A DNA stretch of 63,869 nucleotides, filler included, from Sluysia triapertura (lineage: Eukaryota), in the NCBI GenBank assembly GCA_046118255.1. It is 5 parts of 5 records of this genome, joined end to end, with 100 filler letters (N's around TTAATTAATTAA, not from the genome) between each part and the next. Parts side by side here need not be neighbours in the genome. Positions count along the whole stretch, not along the records: positions 1 to 13,675 come from JBJNIA010026283.1; 4 more parts are not named here. One strand, written 5' to 3'. The position numbers and the translations under genes were made by a program. Below are positions 1 to 13,675 of the stretch, one piece after another. Position 1 is the first letter of the stretch. Each line of letters opens with the position of its first letter. Under the pieces are notes generated by a model that saw only the letters and a list, made by a program, of their open reading frames with translations, was not told where the DNA came from and did no database searches.

Positions 1-912
1 ATGTTTATAATACTTCATCTGTTACTTCTCATCAATTCTTCCTTCATTTGTAATTCTATATGTCTTTTACTCGTCTCCTAATCCAATGTTGGACAATCCC
101 AACATCTACACATATACGAAACGTATAGTTTCAGTTGACAACTCACATTTAATTTAATTTTCATACACAATTGTAATTAGCTTTTAAATAATTTTATTGC
201 AAAAAATTGACTGAAGTTACATTCTTAGCAAAGCTAAATTCGATTGTATTTATTCAATAATATCTGGATCATTATATTAAGATTTTCATAGTCAATTTAT
301 ATAATAGGGTTTTTTGCCAAACAAACCATAAAATATTACTTTTCTTCGACTAATGTGATGATGTGGTTTTACTTAAAGTAAAACCACTAATCAAACGAAC
401 AAACTTCAAATTAGTGAGTTCGCTAGTGATCCAAGACTTATAAACTTAATGCCTTGTCCACGGGATATGATAAAAGAATTGTAATAAAACTACGTAAGTC
501 AAATTATGTATTGTATACACTTATTCCAATAACACATTTCGTCTTAATGTTTTATCTTATTTTCTCAGTGATGCTTGCTTTATTCTTACACTATAAGTTA
601 TAACCCCTATATCTATTTCATCGCCGATCAAGGCAAACATATCTCCGTTCGCAGAAAATTACTTGTCCTCAATATTCAAACTGTTAAGTATTCGATCACA
701 TTCGTTTTATCGATTTTATTTATGACATACAACACAATTGTTATTATACACATATAAATTCGTCTTATCAATTTTATTTGTGACCTATTTAATTACTAAT
801 TGTCTTATTTTTATTATTAATTGTTAAAATTTTTTTCGGATTTAATTTTAATTTTTAAAGTGCCATGTAGAATTATGATAGTAATATTGACTATAATAAA
901 ATAAAATTGTTA

Positions 913-988
913 GACCAGCTGGTAGCTCAGTGGGTAGATTATCGAACTGCGCATCGAAATATCCCGGATTCGATTCCCGATCAGTTCA
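913..988 (+). mobile_element. tRNA-derived SINE head or tRNA pseudogene
   Basis: A box TAGCTCAGTGGG and B box GATTCGATTCCC at tRNA spacing. Stems are degenerate. Shares ATCGAACTGCGCA with the copy near 61460. Confidence 0.7.
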
Positions 989-2078
989 TTTTATGAAGTC
1001 TAACATATTTAATAACAGTTAAGTGGTCAGTTATTGATTTCGGCAAAACGTTTCAAAGTTCTACTTTTATATAAGGACAAAAATCCACGAGATTATTATA
1101 CTTCATAGCTTCAAATTAATAAATTTGATTACATGTTTTTCTAAATCATTTTAAAGAGGTTTGTAAATTCACGTTTTTCATGTCTATTTTAAACTAAACA
1201 AACTATTATTTAATTAATCTTGTAAAAAATTAAAAAATTTAACAATTCAATCGAATTATATATATTTGATAATTAAAATTGCTTCACAATTTTAGCAAAA
1301 TGATTGCATCATTTAAATATACAATTTAGTCTCCATGGCCTTTTAGAATCTTTATTTCGTAGCAAATCCTACAAACGTGCCATTAAGTTTCTAAGTCTCG
1401 GATCATAGTGAAATCACTGATATAGAATTTATTTTATGATTGCAGGTTAACTAAAATTTAGCAATAAATTTTACAGAATGGAATTAAGAAATTAATTTGA
1501 CATAATATATTATTATTAGAAAGAACCTCCTACAAATGCAGTCACAATTATAATTGCATCTCTTAAGTATTACCACGCTTTTTTGGAATTGAATCAAATT
1601 ACTTTGTATGATAAATTTAAACTTTGTAAAAACAAATGCATATTTAATTACGTGGATTTTTTTAATGATATTAATAATTTTGTATGTATACGGCCTTTAA
1701 TTAACATTAATTACCTAAAATAGATTTGTAGGCCCATATCTACAACAAAGACAAGTTTAAAAATAACTTCAACAAAAACTATTGTAAATAATTTGATTTG
1801 AAAAACAAGTTCAAAATAAAGGAATCATTAAAGATATATGAAAAAGCATACCTGCACTAAGCTGAAGTACATAATTTTGTATATACATCAAATAAAATAA
1901 TAATATAAGTAATAAAATAAAATAAAGTACTATTTATTAAAGAATACAGCAAATAAGACAAAATGTTAAATTACATAACTAAATTTCTAAAAATTATATT
2001 ACGATTACACGTACTACGATGAAACTAAAATATTGTGAAGTTAAACACAAATAAAAACGTAAAATGAAACATTATTAC

Positions 2079-2713
2079 CATGTTTTAAGTAAATGTTTTC
2101 ACTAGAAATTTCTGTATCCAACATGAGATAAGTATTTTCCGGATAAATGAAAATTGGTTTCACTTTATCACAAATTGTACTAAAAGAAATTGGACGACCT
2201 TCCTTGCTTTTGTCAGATAAAATTGCAACAATAACTTCTGGAAAACCATCAGCAACACGCCTAAATATTTCAGAACGAGTAGTGTCTGTTAACTGAATGT
2301 AAAAATAAGTAATAAATTATTGGTTAATCATAAAAATTATAAATATTTTAGTAATCAAATAAAATTCATATTATGTTGATTGAAATACACGCCTCTTGTT
2401 GAAAACATGTAATATTTGTTTCGTTTTATTTTAAATTCTGCTTATTAATGTTGCACAATTAAATACATTTATATTTCTCATATTTTCCCATTAAATTCTA
2501 AGATAATCTGTATATACAGTTTTTATTTATAAATGTTAAAATTCAAGTAAGTATTTTGAATAGTTTAAAATAATTACCATTACTTAAAATTCAGTAACTT
2601 TATTCCAATTTAAATCTAATAAATAAGGTCAAGCAATTAAGTAAACAGATGCATTATAAATGTAAACAAGTGTTCGGGATTGTTTAGATAAGCATAATGA
2701 TGAACTTTGACAA

Positions 2714-2756
<43 letters not shown>

Positions 2757-5700
2757 TACTACATCAAGTTGTAAATTTTTGAAACAGAATAATAATTAGC
2801 ACTTACAAGAACTACTCTCTTATCCGCCAAAAACGGGACTATGAAAAAAGGTGGCGGTTTCTAGAGTAAAAAATTACACTTCTTTATATTCATTTTTACA
2901 AATATAAATTGGCGGATAATAGAGTAGTTACTGTATTTTAGTACCAACGTGAATTCTACGTTAATTGACGTATTAAATACATAGTCATTTGTGTTCCACA
3001 TTTGTATTTCAAAAAAATATGATACAATTTAGCTTTTGAAAATAACCATAATTTTGACCCCAATGTAAATTTCAATAGTTATATTTTAGTAATATGTTAC
3101 ATGAAAATTGATAATGACTCATTGAGTAAATAAAATGTATTAAATAAATTTATTTAATGCAAAAATTAACTTTGTTATTTTTGGGTCCAATGAACCCGCA
3201 TACATACATACATACTTTTTGGATAGACGAAAATTAATGAAAAAATTATTTTAGTTGACCAGTCAACCTTACTTACAATCTTTTAATCTTTTTAATATAA
3301 AATAGAATATAAATCATTATTATAATTATAAATGCGTTTAGTTGCTTCTTTGTTAATACATTTTTCATTAATTGTCGATAAACAGTTGCTTAATTAATCA
3401 AATTACTTTTAAATAAGAACTTCACTGATTTGCAGTATTGTATTAAAACAAATTTTATTCAATACATTGATTAATATTCAGATTAGCTTACAATTAAAAT
3501 AAATAAAATCATAATTCACGCAGTCATTTTTATTATAGTATATTTATGTATTAATAACTGCTTTCTTAAAAAATATTCCTTAGTGTCTGACCTATTTTAA
3601 TTACTAAATTTGAACTACCTCAGAATTCGATTGCTAGAATTTGTAATAAAAAATAGCCAAATTTTTAATTTTAATGAACATAATATTTATGATAATTCAA
3701 GTAATAGTAATAAGATGATAAAATATTACAATCTTAGTCTGTCTGTACTCGATAGATTCAAAAACCATACATCCAATCGCCGTGAAAATTTAGGAAATTA
3801 TAAGGTATATTCCCGGGACGGTTTTTGAAAATTTTTTTTGAATCAGAGCTGAGGTTCCATGTGTAACCATGATAACTATGAATATTTATGTTTTGTACAT
3901 ATGTTATATTCAAATGACATATATGTAGGGATAATTTTATTGCTAATTTTCATTCTGATGTATAATATACATTTGATCATTAATAAATTATGCTTGATGT
4001 ATCAAAACTGCCTTTTGTTCAGATTTTTAACACAGCTAGTTTAGAATAAATAATATTGTGCAACTTAGTAAATTTACAGAGTAAATTAATATATTTCAAA
4101 GCATTTCACTAAACATTTAAGTAATATGAAAAATTTTATTACTATTATACAAATTATCACTAAGGTCATTCATTTATTTATTATTTTCTTTTTTTTCACT
4201 TTTACATGTTGAGTATGGAATTTTATTAGTTATCATATAAACTAATTCAATTAATCTAATGCAGTTTAACCCCTTGAGTCTTGATTTATTTAAACTTTTT
4301 TAACATATTGAACATATTTAATTTTAATGTAATATCATGTGATGAATACATTTATTTTATAAACACAATCATAATATAATTTTATGTAGAAAACGAGTAA
4401 ATGAATATAAGATTGATTAAGATAAAAAAACATAAGTTAAATGTGAAACTTTTCAAAGCAGCTTGGTAGATGCAAAGGTACTTTTCATTGTTTACATTGC
4501 CAGGTAGTCTCTTTTCTTATGTTTTGGTGATAACAAACGCAGATGTTTTCGTAGGATGTTGCTTTGAGTAGGTTGGAATATTCTCTGGAAAATGTTCCAA
4601 AAATAATGAAAACACGTTGAAATAAATTTATTTTCTCTCATCAATTGTTATGCAGACACCAATCGTGTTAGGTAATTGGCGCAACGCAAGAAAAACACTA
4701 CGCATACGTTAAATTCCAATGACGAGTCAGACTCTGCAACTTTGGTTATTCATATCGTTGACGAGTTTCACTCGTCAAATGTACTCAAAGGGTTAATGTC
4801 AGTTTTTAGGTAATCTAGTTTTAAAAGCAAGTCAATACAATGAAGCAATCATCTATGGTTTTTTATATAATGTGAAATGTGACCATAAGTAAAAATAAAA
4901 ATTTTGTCATATAAGTTATGAACATGTTTTTATAGTGTATCAAAAATTATCGATATTCTGTTTGTCTAATATTTTGATTTTTTAATCAAAACATCTTCCA
5001 TATTATCGAATGAAAATGTTATAAATATGTTATATGAACTATAATCATAACTATGGTAATTTCATCGTTTTTGTTAGAAACATTATTTGTGAATTATTGT
5101 CATGTTTGTTTTCATCTAGTGATTTTAAAGGCATTCGAGATTTTTATTTCTCAATTACATTTAAAAATAAATATTTTCAATTAAAAGATAATGTAAGTGT
5201 AAAATAGTGAAACTCACTATCGGAGATTCAATCCATTTCAGTTCACCCCATGACAAAGCTGGTTTATTCTGAATTTCAATTAATTTCTTGTATGCAGCAA
5301 AAACAGTCTGCCCACGACCTAGAGCAGTCATACCCTGAAAAAGTAAATGAGAATATTAAATAAATTTTCTTTTAATTTTATAAAATGACTTAATTGAAAT
5401 AGATATAGAACTTTCTACATTAATGATTTTTTTGTTTGCTTCACTTGCTTCTTTAAGATTATAATATAATGAATCATATACTGAATCATTAGCATAAAAA
5501 TTAAAAGGTCAAATACCAATGGCCGCAATATTCGCTTACATCAATAAATATCGTTCTTAATTGTTATACACAAAGTTTAAAATAGATAAAATATTAAAGA
5601 CGTTCATAGAACATTATTATTTAGTCATTTAAATTTAGAATTCGATTTTTGTAGTTCTATATTTTACATAAAAATACAATATCCAACCTCAACGGATGTT

Positions 5701-8700
5701 TGCTTACTACTAAAGTAACTAGTATCACTAATATTTGAAAAACCACCATTTATTGAATCATCCCAAGCCATTGGTTGATGATTACATCTTGCATAATATT
5801 TGCTGAATTTAGAATCTTTTGGATAAATTCCAGATGGAGTTACTGTCAAACATTTCAATGAAATTTCACTACCATAATATAAAATTTTGCTACCTAAGAA
5901 TAATAAAAAATAAAATTAACTGAATTTAATGAATTTATAATTCTATTACTATTTAAATTCGCTGCAAATCGAATTTCAATGAGTACTTTAAAGCTTAATC
6001 TTAAATTATCTTGTAATATATTATTAAAATAAAATTTAAATGACTATGTAATGATTTTACTTTTCTTAAATTTCAATATATCATTTCTTATTCAAAATTT
6101 CAGTTTTCATTACAAAATTGAGAATTATATTTATTCCTTAGTAAATTGACTTGTTAATTTTATAAGACATTAAGATAGCAATTACATTACCATTTGATAA
6201 TAGCAGATGAAGTTATTTATGATTAAAACGGGGTTTCTTCATTGCACAATTATAAATTAGTAATTTTGATCGGCGAAGTTCCAATAATGAGTTGTATATT
6301 ATAGATACTTGAAATCTATAATAAATGTAACTTATTATAAAAGAATTCCTATGTTTAATTTGGCTTTATCTATGTTATACATTTTTTTAAAACTAACTTG
6401 GTACCAAAAATGGTGTAAAAGATCTATAAATATCAGAAGCATCAGGCCTGGGAAAACTAGAAGTAGCTGATGTAGTAACAACATTTTTAAAACTACGACT
6501 GGTATTGTTAGCAGGCATTGAAGATAGATATCCCTGAATACTACTGATAACTGCATTTGAGCCTATTTGACCTCGATTTGAAAAAAATTCTCGACTAACT
6601 ATCATATCAATACCACATTCTTCTTTCAAATACATAAACATAGGATCTTCTTCTTTGTCATTCAAACCGTATCCAATTTCACCCACATCAGCAATTAAAA
6701 CTCTAAAAAATACTTCAAATTTAATTTAAAACGTCAACTTTATTTTGGTAACATAAATATAACGTCAATTCAGTGTTTAAAAAAAAGACATAATTAAGTT
6801 CCGTGATTATTTATAGACTTCCATTAAAATAATAACTCATGTTATCATTATGTAGCTTTTCAAACAAGACAAGAATAATGTAAAATATTAAAAAAGATTA
6901 TAGACAATGTTTACCTACATACTATTTCATTAATCTCGCAACATTGTATATTAAAGAATTACGTTGCATTAGGTTGCTGTCATAAGCTTAAATGGTTTAA
7001 ATTTAAATAACAACAATATAATAATAGTAATGAAATTCCAACAAAATTATAATGATAGTAATAATTATTTGATGGAAAACTTCATCTTCAAAAATTCAGT
7101 ATAAATACTGAGTTAAAAAATTTTCATCGCACGAAATAAAATTCAGAGTAGAAATTTTATCACGAGAAAACACAAGAAAAATGTGGAGTAAAAATTGTTT
7201 CAGATAAAGTACAATAAAACCTTCGAGGTTTTCGATGGATAAATTCCTTGATCAATCTTTTGTGAATACAGTACAGTACCTCAAATCTATTTATTATCAT
7301 TATCTGACTTAAATTGTAAGCGTTTTCATTAGCCCGATTAAATGATGGTCAAAATAATAAAAATAAACAAAATCAAAACATTGATAAAAGATAGATTAAT
7401 TATTTGAGTTTGTTTTTCTTAAAAATGTTATTCTATGATTAATTTAAAGTTTTTTGAACTACAAGATAGTTCAAATGCACAGTAAAGAGGCCTAAAAATT
7501 AGCGTTTAAGTTACGTAATTATTGCCATGGATTACCCATTATTTTTGCCGGCCACAAGTAAAGAAAATACCATCAAAAATTGGGACCAAGAAGTTAATTC
7601 GTTTTTTATTTAATTAGAAATAAGATATATTTCTTTGTTTGATTATTTGATATAATAAGTTTAATTTAAGTGAGTTATAAAATAAATTTAAGATTGTTAT
7701 TCTGTTAAATTAACATCTTTGATAAAATTAATTTATACTTTGATAATTTTACTAAGACTACTATTAAAATTGTTAGTAATTGGTTTTGAATATAAGTTGT
7801 CCTAAGTTCACTTGATTTCATTGCGATTATAAGTTTATTGATATACTTTTTACGTTATTTGACAATTTTTAATTAATAAGTTTATATTGATTTTGTCTTT
7901 AATTGATATTGTTTCCTGATAATGTATAAATTCGCATTACAGGAAACTCCCGATTATCCATGGATAATATTTAGAAAATGCAAAAATGAACAGAAATAAA
8001 GAATCTTCCTGTTGACTACTATATTTAAAAAGGAGCATGGATGGACAGAGGATCTTTGAACATTGGTTTAAAAATAAATGGATCCCAGAAATTGAGTTTT
8101 CTTAAAAATAAAGGTGTGGTGCCCCACCAACACTGATATCATCAAAGAATTTATTGAAATATTGTTTTGCAAAATTTTTACCCAATGAATATGTCAACTA
8201 ATGTCAAAGAAATTAAGAATATGACAAAACACCTACCTCAATAAATTCTCAAACCAGTCTTTCAGTGTTCACGGTGTATGTACAAAACGAGGAGTCCCGT
8301 GAGGGTACCTCAAAAGGATTGCCAGAGAAGGCAGTAGTGTTGTTAGATAATGCTCCTTGTCATCCAAGTGAAAGACGACGGCCTTATACCTGCAATAATT
8401 TTACTACCTAATGTAACATCTTTAATTCAACATATGGATCAAGGAGTTATATCTTCAATAGCACGCCATTATCGCAATGATCTTCTTCGAAGAGTTTGCA
8501 GCGAGAATGACGATTTAATGAATTTGTGGAAAAAAATGACAATGTTGGATGCAATATATGGAGCTGTTGAATCTTGGAACAAAATTAAGCCAGTTATACT
8601 AGTTCGATCGTTGTTGAAAATTTTGTGAAATGTAGAACCTGAGATATGTAACATTTCAGAATTACGTGAACTAATAAAAAATTTAAATGGCTTTGAAAAT

Positions 8701-11700
8701 GTTTATGACCAAAATATTAAGAAATGGATGGAATTTGATCCAAGATTCCAGACAAAGAGTAACATTTCAAAGAGTAATTATTTCAAATCAAATGAAACTG
8801 AAAGTGAGGTAGAAGATATTACCAATCGTATTAATCACGACAAGACACTAACTTCTGTCGATACTTTACTAGAATACGTCAATCAATTACAACTATGACG
8901 ATGTAATAACATTAAGAAAAATTCAAGATGATATTAAAGTCATTGAGAAATTCACTTAAACAAACAAAAACTACCGATCTTTTTAATAAAGCATTGAACG
9001 TATTTTCATTGCTTTTATATTATACTAGTATTTTTTAATTACTTTTGTATTATTATTTTGCAGATTATCCGCGCGGGCTCTCCCCATCATTAGCTTGGAT
9101 AATCGGGAGTTTATTGTACTTGATTCTGATTCGGATTAAGATTCATATTTCGATTTGATTTTTAGTTTTGAACAATTGATATTTGATTTTCAATTTGTAC
9201 GTTTTTTTTTATAAAATATTGACATTGGTTAAGTTTAAATTTAAGTTTATTCGATTCCGATCTTTGCGTTAATAAGTTTACAATTTTGATATTTCATTTA
9301 AGTTTGTAAGTACAAATTTCATTGGATTTACGTTTTGATAAGCTTTCATAAATTATATAGTTTAAGGTTACATATATCTGTTGCATTTAATTAATTTGAT
9401 TTAAGTTTGATACTACAATTCAATATTATGATTTTAAGTTTTACTTTGATATTTACGCTAAGTTTTGTCATATAACTAAATTGGAATGATAATAATGAAT
9501 AATAATAAGAGTAATCAAAATAATAATATTAATTGATAATAAACAATGAATTATAATATTTAGGACATAATATCCATATGAAATTTTACTAAACTTCAAA
9601 AATAAAGTAATATTTAATGTGCCCATATTGACAAAATTGAGAACATGAACATTTAACGCTAATGTGATTAACGATAAATTGAAAAACTAATTTTACATCA
9701 ACTGGACAAATTTAAAATCAATGAGCGAGTTATTAAAATTTATTAAGATTATCCTAGAAATATAAAATTGCTCATTCGTTTTATTTTTATCGTTTAGTCA
9801 TTTTATTTTACATTTTTACATTATTGTTTTATAACATTCTTCGCACATTGTTCATTCACTTATTTTTTGAAGTTAAACTTTGTTTTCTGATGTCATAAGC
9901 AACTAGATAATATTAGATATACAATAAATTTAAATTAAGCAACTTGCCATTATTGTTTTACTTAATTAATCAATATGCTGTACAAGTTATATATATTTTC
10001 GTTACTGTCCCAGATAAATTACAATTTTAATAATCCAAACTTAAAACAAATCTATAAAGAATTTTACGCAGGATGTATAAGTTCAGCGACACATACAGAA
10101 TCGATAAAGTTAAGAGATAACTCATTAGATTCTCATATGAATGAAATTAAAGAATGTATGTCACAATATACTTCGAGAAATGAGTAGATTGAATAAAACA
10201 GAAGATCTCTGGAACTTTATTGTTGAATGACAGTATTGCAGAAGCAAACAGCTGGAATGAAGCCGAGAAAATTAAACCAATACAAAAATGATTAAAGATA
10301 TAAGCAAAATTGGAATGCATTTATTACTGTTTTTACTGAAATTGCTCTTGATATAGATAAATATTATGCAAAAATGTTGAATATAAGAAAACATAAACCT
10401 AAAGAAACTGTACTATTAGCTTAATGAATTACTACATTATAAATCGTAAAAACACTAACATTAACTGTAATATTTCAAGTGTTTTATGAAACTTACAAAA
10501 TACAGATGATTAATGAGCCCGCCTACAGCATGTGTCTTATATCCTAATAGGATTTTTCTCAAGTTTTCTTGTATGAAATAACGCATAATTTATACTTGAT
10601 CTAAGGTCAGCTTATCTTACAAGCCAGTTCTGATGCAATACGTACGATTTAAAATTGCTAAAGTAGTAGTTGTAACAATTAGAAGTTGCCTAGTGCTTCA
10701 TTTTCCGTATGGATAGTATAGTGTGAACTAAATGTTCAAAAGGTTAATTAGTGTAGTTTTATAATACAACTAATTATTATTATTTCGAAACTTAATGTAT
10801 CGAGATTCTTGAATAGTTAATTTATGTGAGCTTGAATTTTCAGTAAATCATCAATCAAATGAATCGACTTTAAATTGGTGTAAATTTTATAATTACCGAT
10901 TTACATAATTAATAAACACTAACCGAACTAGATGTTATTTTATACAATTTTACTTTAACGTTTTAATGTACTTTTATATTATATTAAAAAATACAATTAC
11001 ATCCTTTCCAATGATATTGGTCAAGAATTATAATGACGAAAAATGATGCAAAAATAAATTAAAAAAATACTTAAAGTTTCGTAATGAAGATATAGGAATT
11101 AATGTGGTATCGCATGATATTCAAGATGGAATTTTGCGTGAATGGAATAATATAGTCGCAGGTAAAGGAATGAAGCACCACATATATATGATTTTGTTCC
11201 TTAATTTATTTAAGAAAACCTATGTTACCAAAACTTACGAATAGACAGGTTAAATATATAGGTTATTTGTCGACAGCTATTACATAGATTATTTATCACG
11301 AACAATTACTAACTCGGAACCAATTTACTCAAAATTGAAATCAATTTATACTATTCACTTTATACAAATCAAATGATATATGGATCTCTAGCGACGATTT
11401 ATAACTTATTAATAAAAATGAAAGTGATGTCGGTTTCCGTGAGTACTTCTGTCATATTTAAATCTTATGATAATGACTACGAATTGATAAATATAATATC
11501 TTGTAATAATCTTCTTTCGATTTTATTATGATACTTATGTACTAGTTACTTTTTTCACCACATTTAGTATTATTTTAAAATTGGCGTTACACAATAATAT
11601 TTCACACCTTAGTATAGAATTTAATATTGCCACCACGTCCTAAATTTATTTTAAAAATTATTATATTGTTTATTTATTATTATGTTACACTTTGAATATT

Positions 11701-13604
11701 AAAGTATTTTTATTTCAAGGCGTGGTGTGAATAATAAGGAAGTATAATATAAATACCTACAATGAATAATATAAATATTAAATACAGCATGGGCTACAGT
11801 ATCATGTTACGTGGTAACGTCCATAATACATAAACATGGTCAAGATGTTAGCCACAATGTGATAGTGTAGCAAACACATAATAGGATCCTATGTCAAATA
11901 GTATAACAACTTAAAGCAAGGCAATGTAAGTTAAATAAAATTTAGAATATAATGGATTGAGAAATGTACTGCGAACACAAGATTATTTGAGTTATAAAAA
12001 TTAAAGTTATTCTTTGTTTAGAGGATCACGACTTTTTATTTCAAGGTTCGTAGGCATTATTATGCGCTATCGCTCATGTGATTATAATTTTTTGTACATT
12101 AGCATTAACGCATCTTCCACAATTAAAGAAAAAATTAATTATTTTTACGGAAACTGAAAGTTTTATTTAAAAACCCTTAGTTCAAAAGTTGGCTATTTTT
12201 GAAGATGTAATTTTGCGAGCGAATTGCAAAATCTCACCCGCGGTATGCTGATTATTTGGCGAGAAAACACCCGCTTAAGTTTTGTTGATTTAGACGTTTT
12301 ATTTACTGTTATACTAAAAGCAAAATATCGATTAATTTAAAATTATAATATTAAGTATGGGTTGTAACATGTTTTTTTGTGTTTCATGTACATATTTTGT
12401 ATCTAATAAACCTTCGAATTCATCATTTGTGTTTTATATTTTTAACTTATATCCTAAGACTAGGGACAAATAAGAATTCTGACTACGATCACTAATAATG
12501 CTTAAGTTAGATTTAACCTTTTGCAGAAAATAATAACGTAGACTTAAGCTAACGTTCTTTAAAATAAACTAACAAATTAAACAAATTAAACATTTTAACA
12601 AAATACAAATCTAACGTTATTGAAATATCTAAATGTAATATCAAATTCAACTTTTTCGTAAATAAACAGTATCATTTAATCATTCTTGAAAAAACAAATT
12701 TAAACAATTTATAATTTAAAATAACTAAAATTTAAAAAGAAACTTTGCAGTCATAATATTTTGGTAGTTTCAAAGAAAAAACTTAAAGACTTAAAAATAC
12801 AATCAACTTAAGAAAATAAAAATAAAGGATGGAAAACATAAAGCTTATATCATCACACTTAATTAGCAAATAGAGAAAGCTACGGACTAAACGGAAGCAA
12901 CATAGGATTGAAAATGCTTTATTTTAATAAAATAGAAATGTAACGAATACTAGCAATAAGAAACTACGCACAATCCATAAAAGAACGTACATCAATAAAT
13001 AAATTATATAACTAAATATATATTAGAAGAAAATTTTATACATAGAAGAAATAGATCACATTAACAAAATAATAGGTATATTAAATTATTCAGAAGGAAA
13101 TGGGCTATATAATTGTTATTAATTATAGGGAATGAAATGTAAAAAATTATTGGCTATAATACAGTTTTTGCAGATATTTTTAGAATTTACAATTTTGATA
13201 TTAACAAAATTTGATATTCGTGGAGTTAATGAACACTATTGCTATCAATAACAATTACTTTAATTATTGCTCTAATGTGAAACATACATATATAAAACCT
13301 ATCTAAAATTCAAGTACAGTTTAAATACTAGAAATAATTTATTTTAATAGTTTAAATCGCTGTAGCAATTCAAAACCCTAACTCACCATTACATGCACAA
13401 CACAAATTTTAAACATTTACACAAAAATTTTTAAACTCACATTCAATTAATTAATGTTCATCTTTATACACCCACACTCATACGATTTTACGCTTAATAA
13501 TCTTCCTTATATTAAAATTGTTGAAGATTCATCAATCATCAAAATGTAATTTTTTAATATAAATATTTTATTTTGATAAAATTAATGTTCCCATTAAAAA
13601 TTTA

Positions 13605-13675
<71 letters not shown>

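Noticed and set aside
1-1650. Further Cavbeta GK exons (EVQSEIERIFEL-like)
   Set aside because: Exon-like minus-strand patches exist, but the candidate frames carry stops and none resembles the GK domain.
4960-7085. Alternative genetic code or stop read-through as an explanation for in-frame stops
   Set aside because: TAA, TAG and TGA all occur together with frameshifts, and RTRAF, Cavbeta and RGS exons translate cleanly in the standard code.
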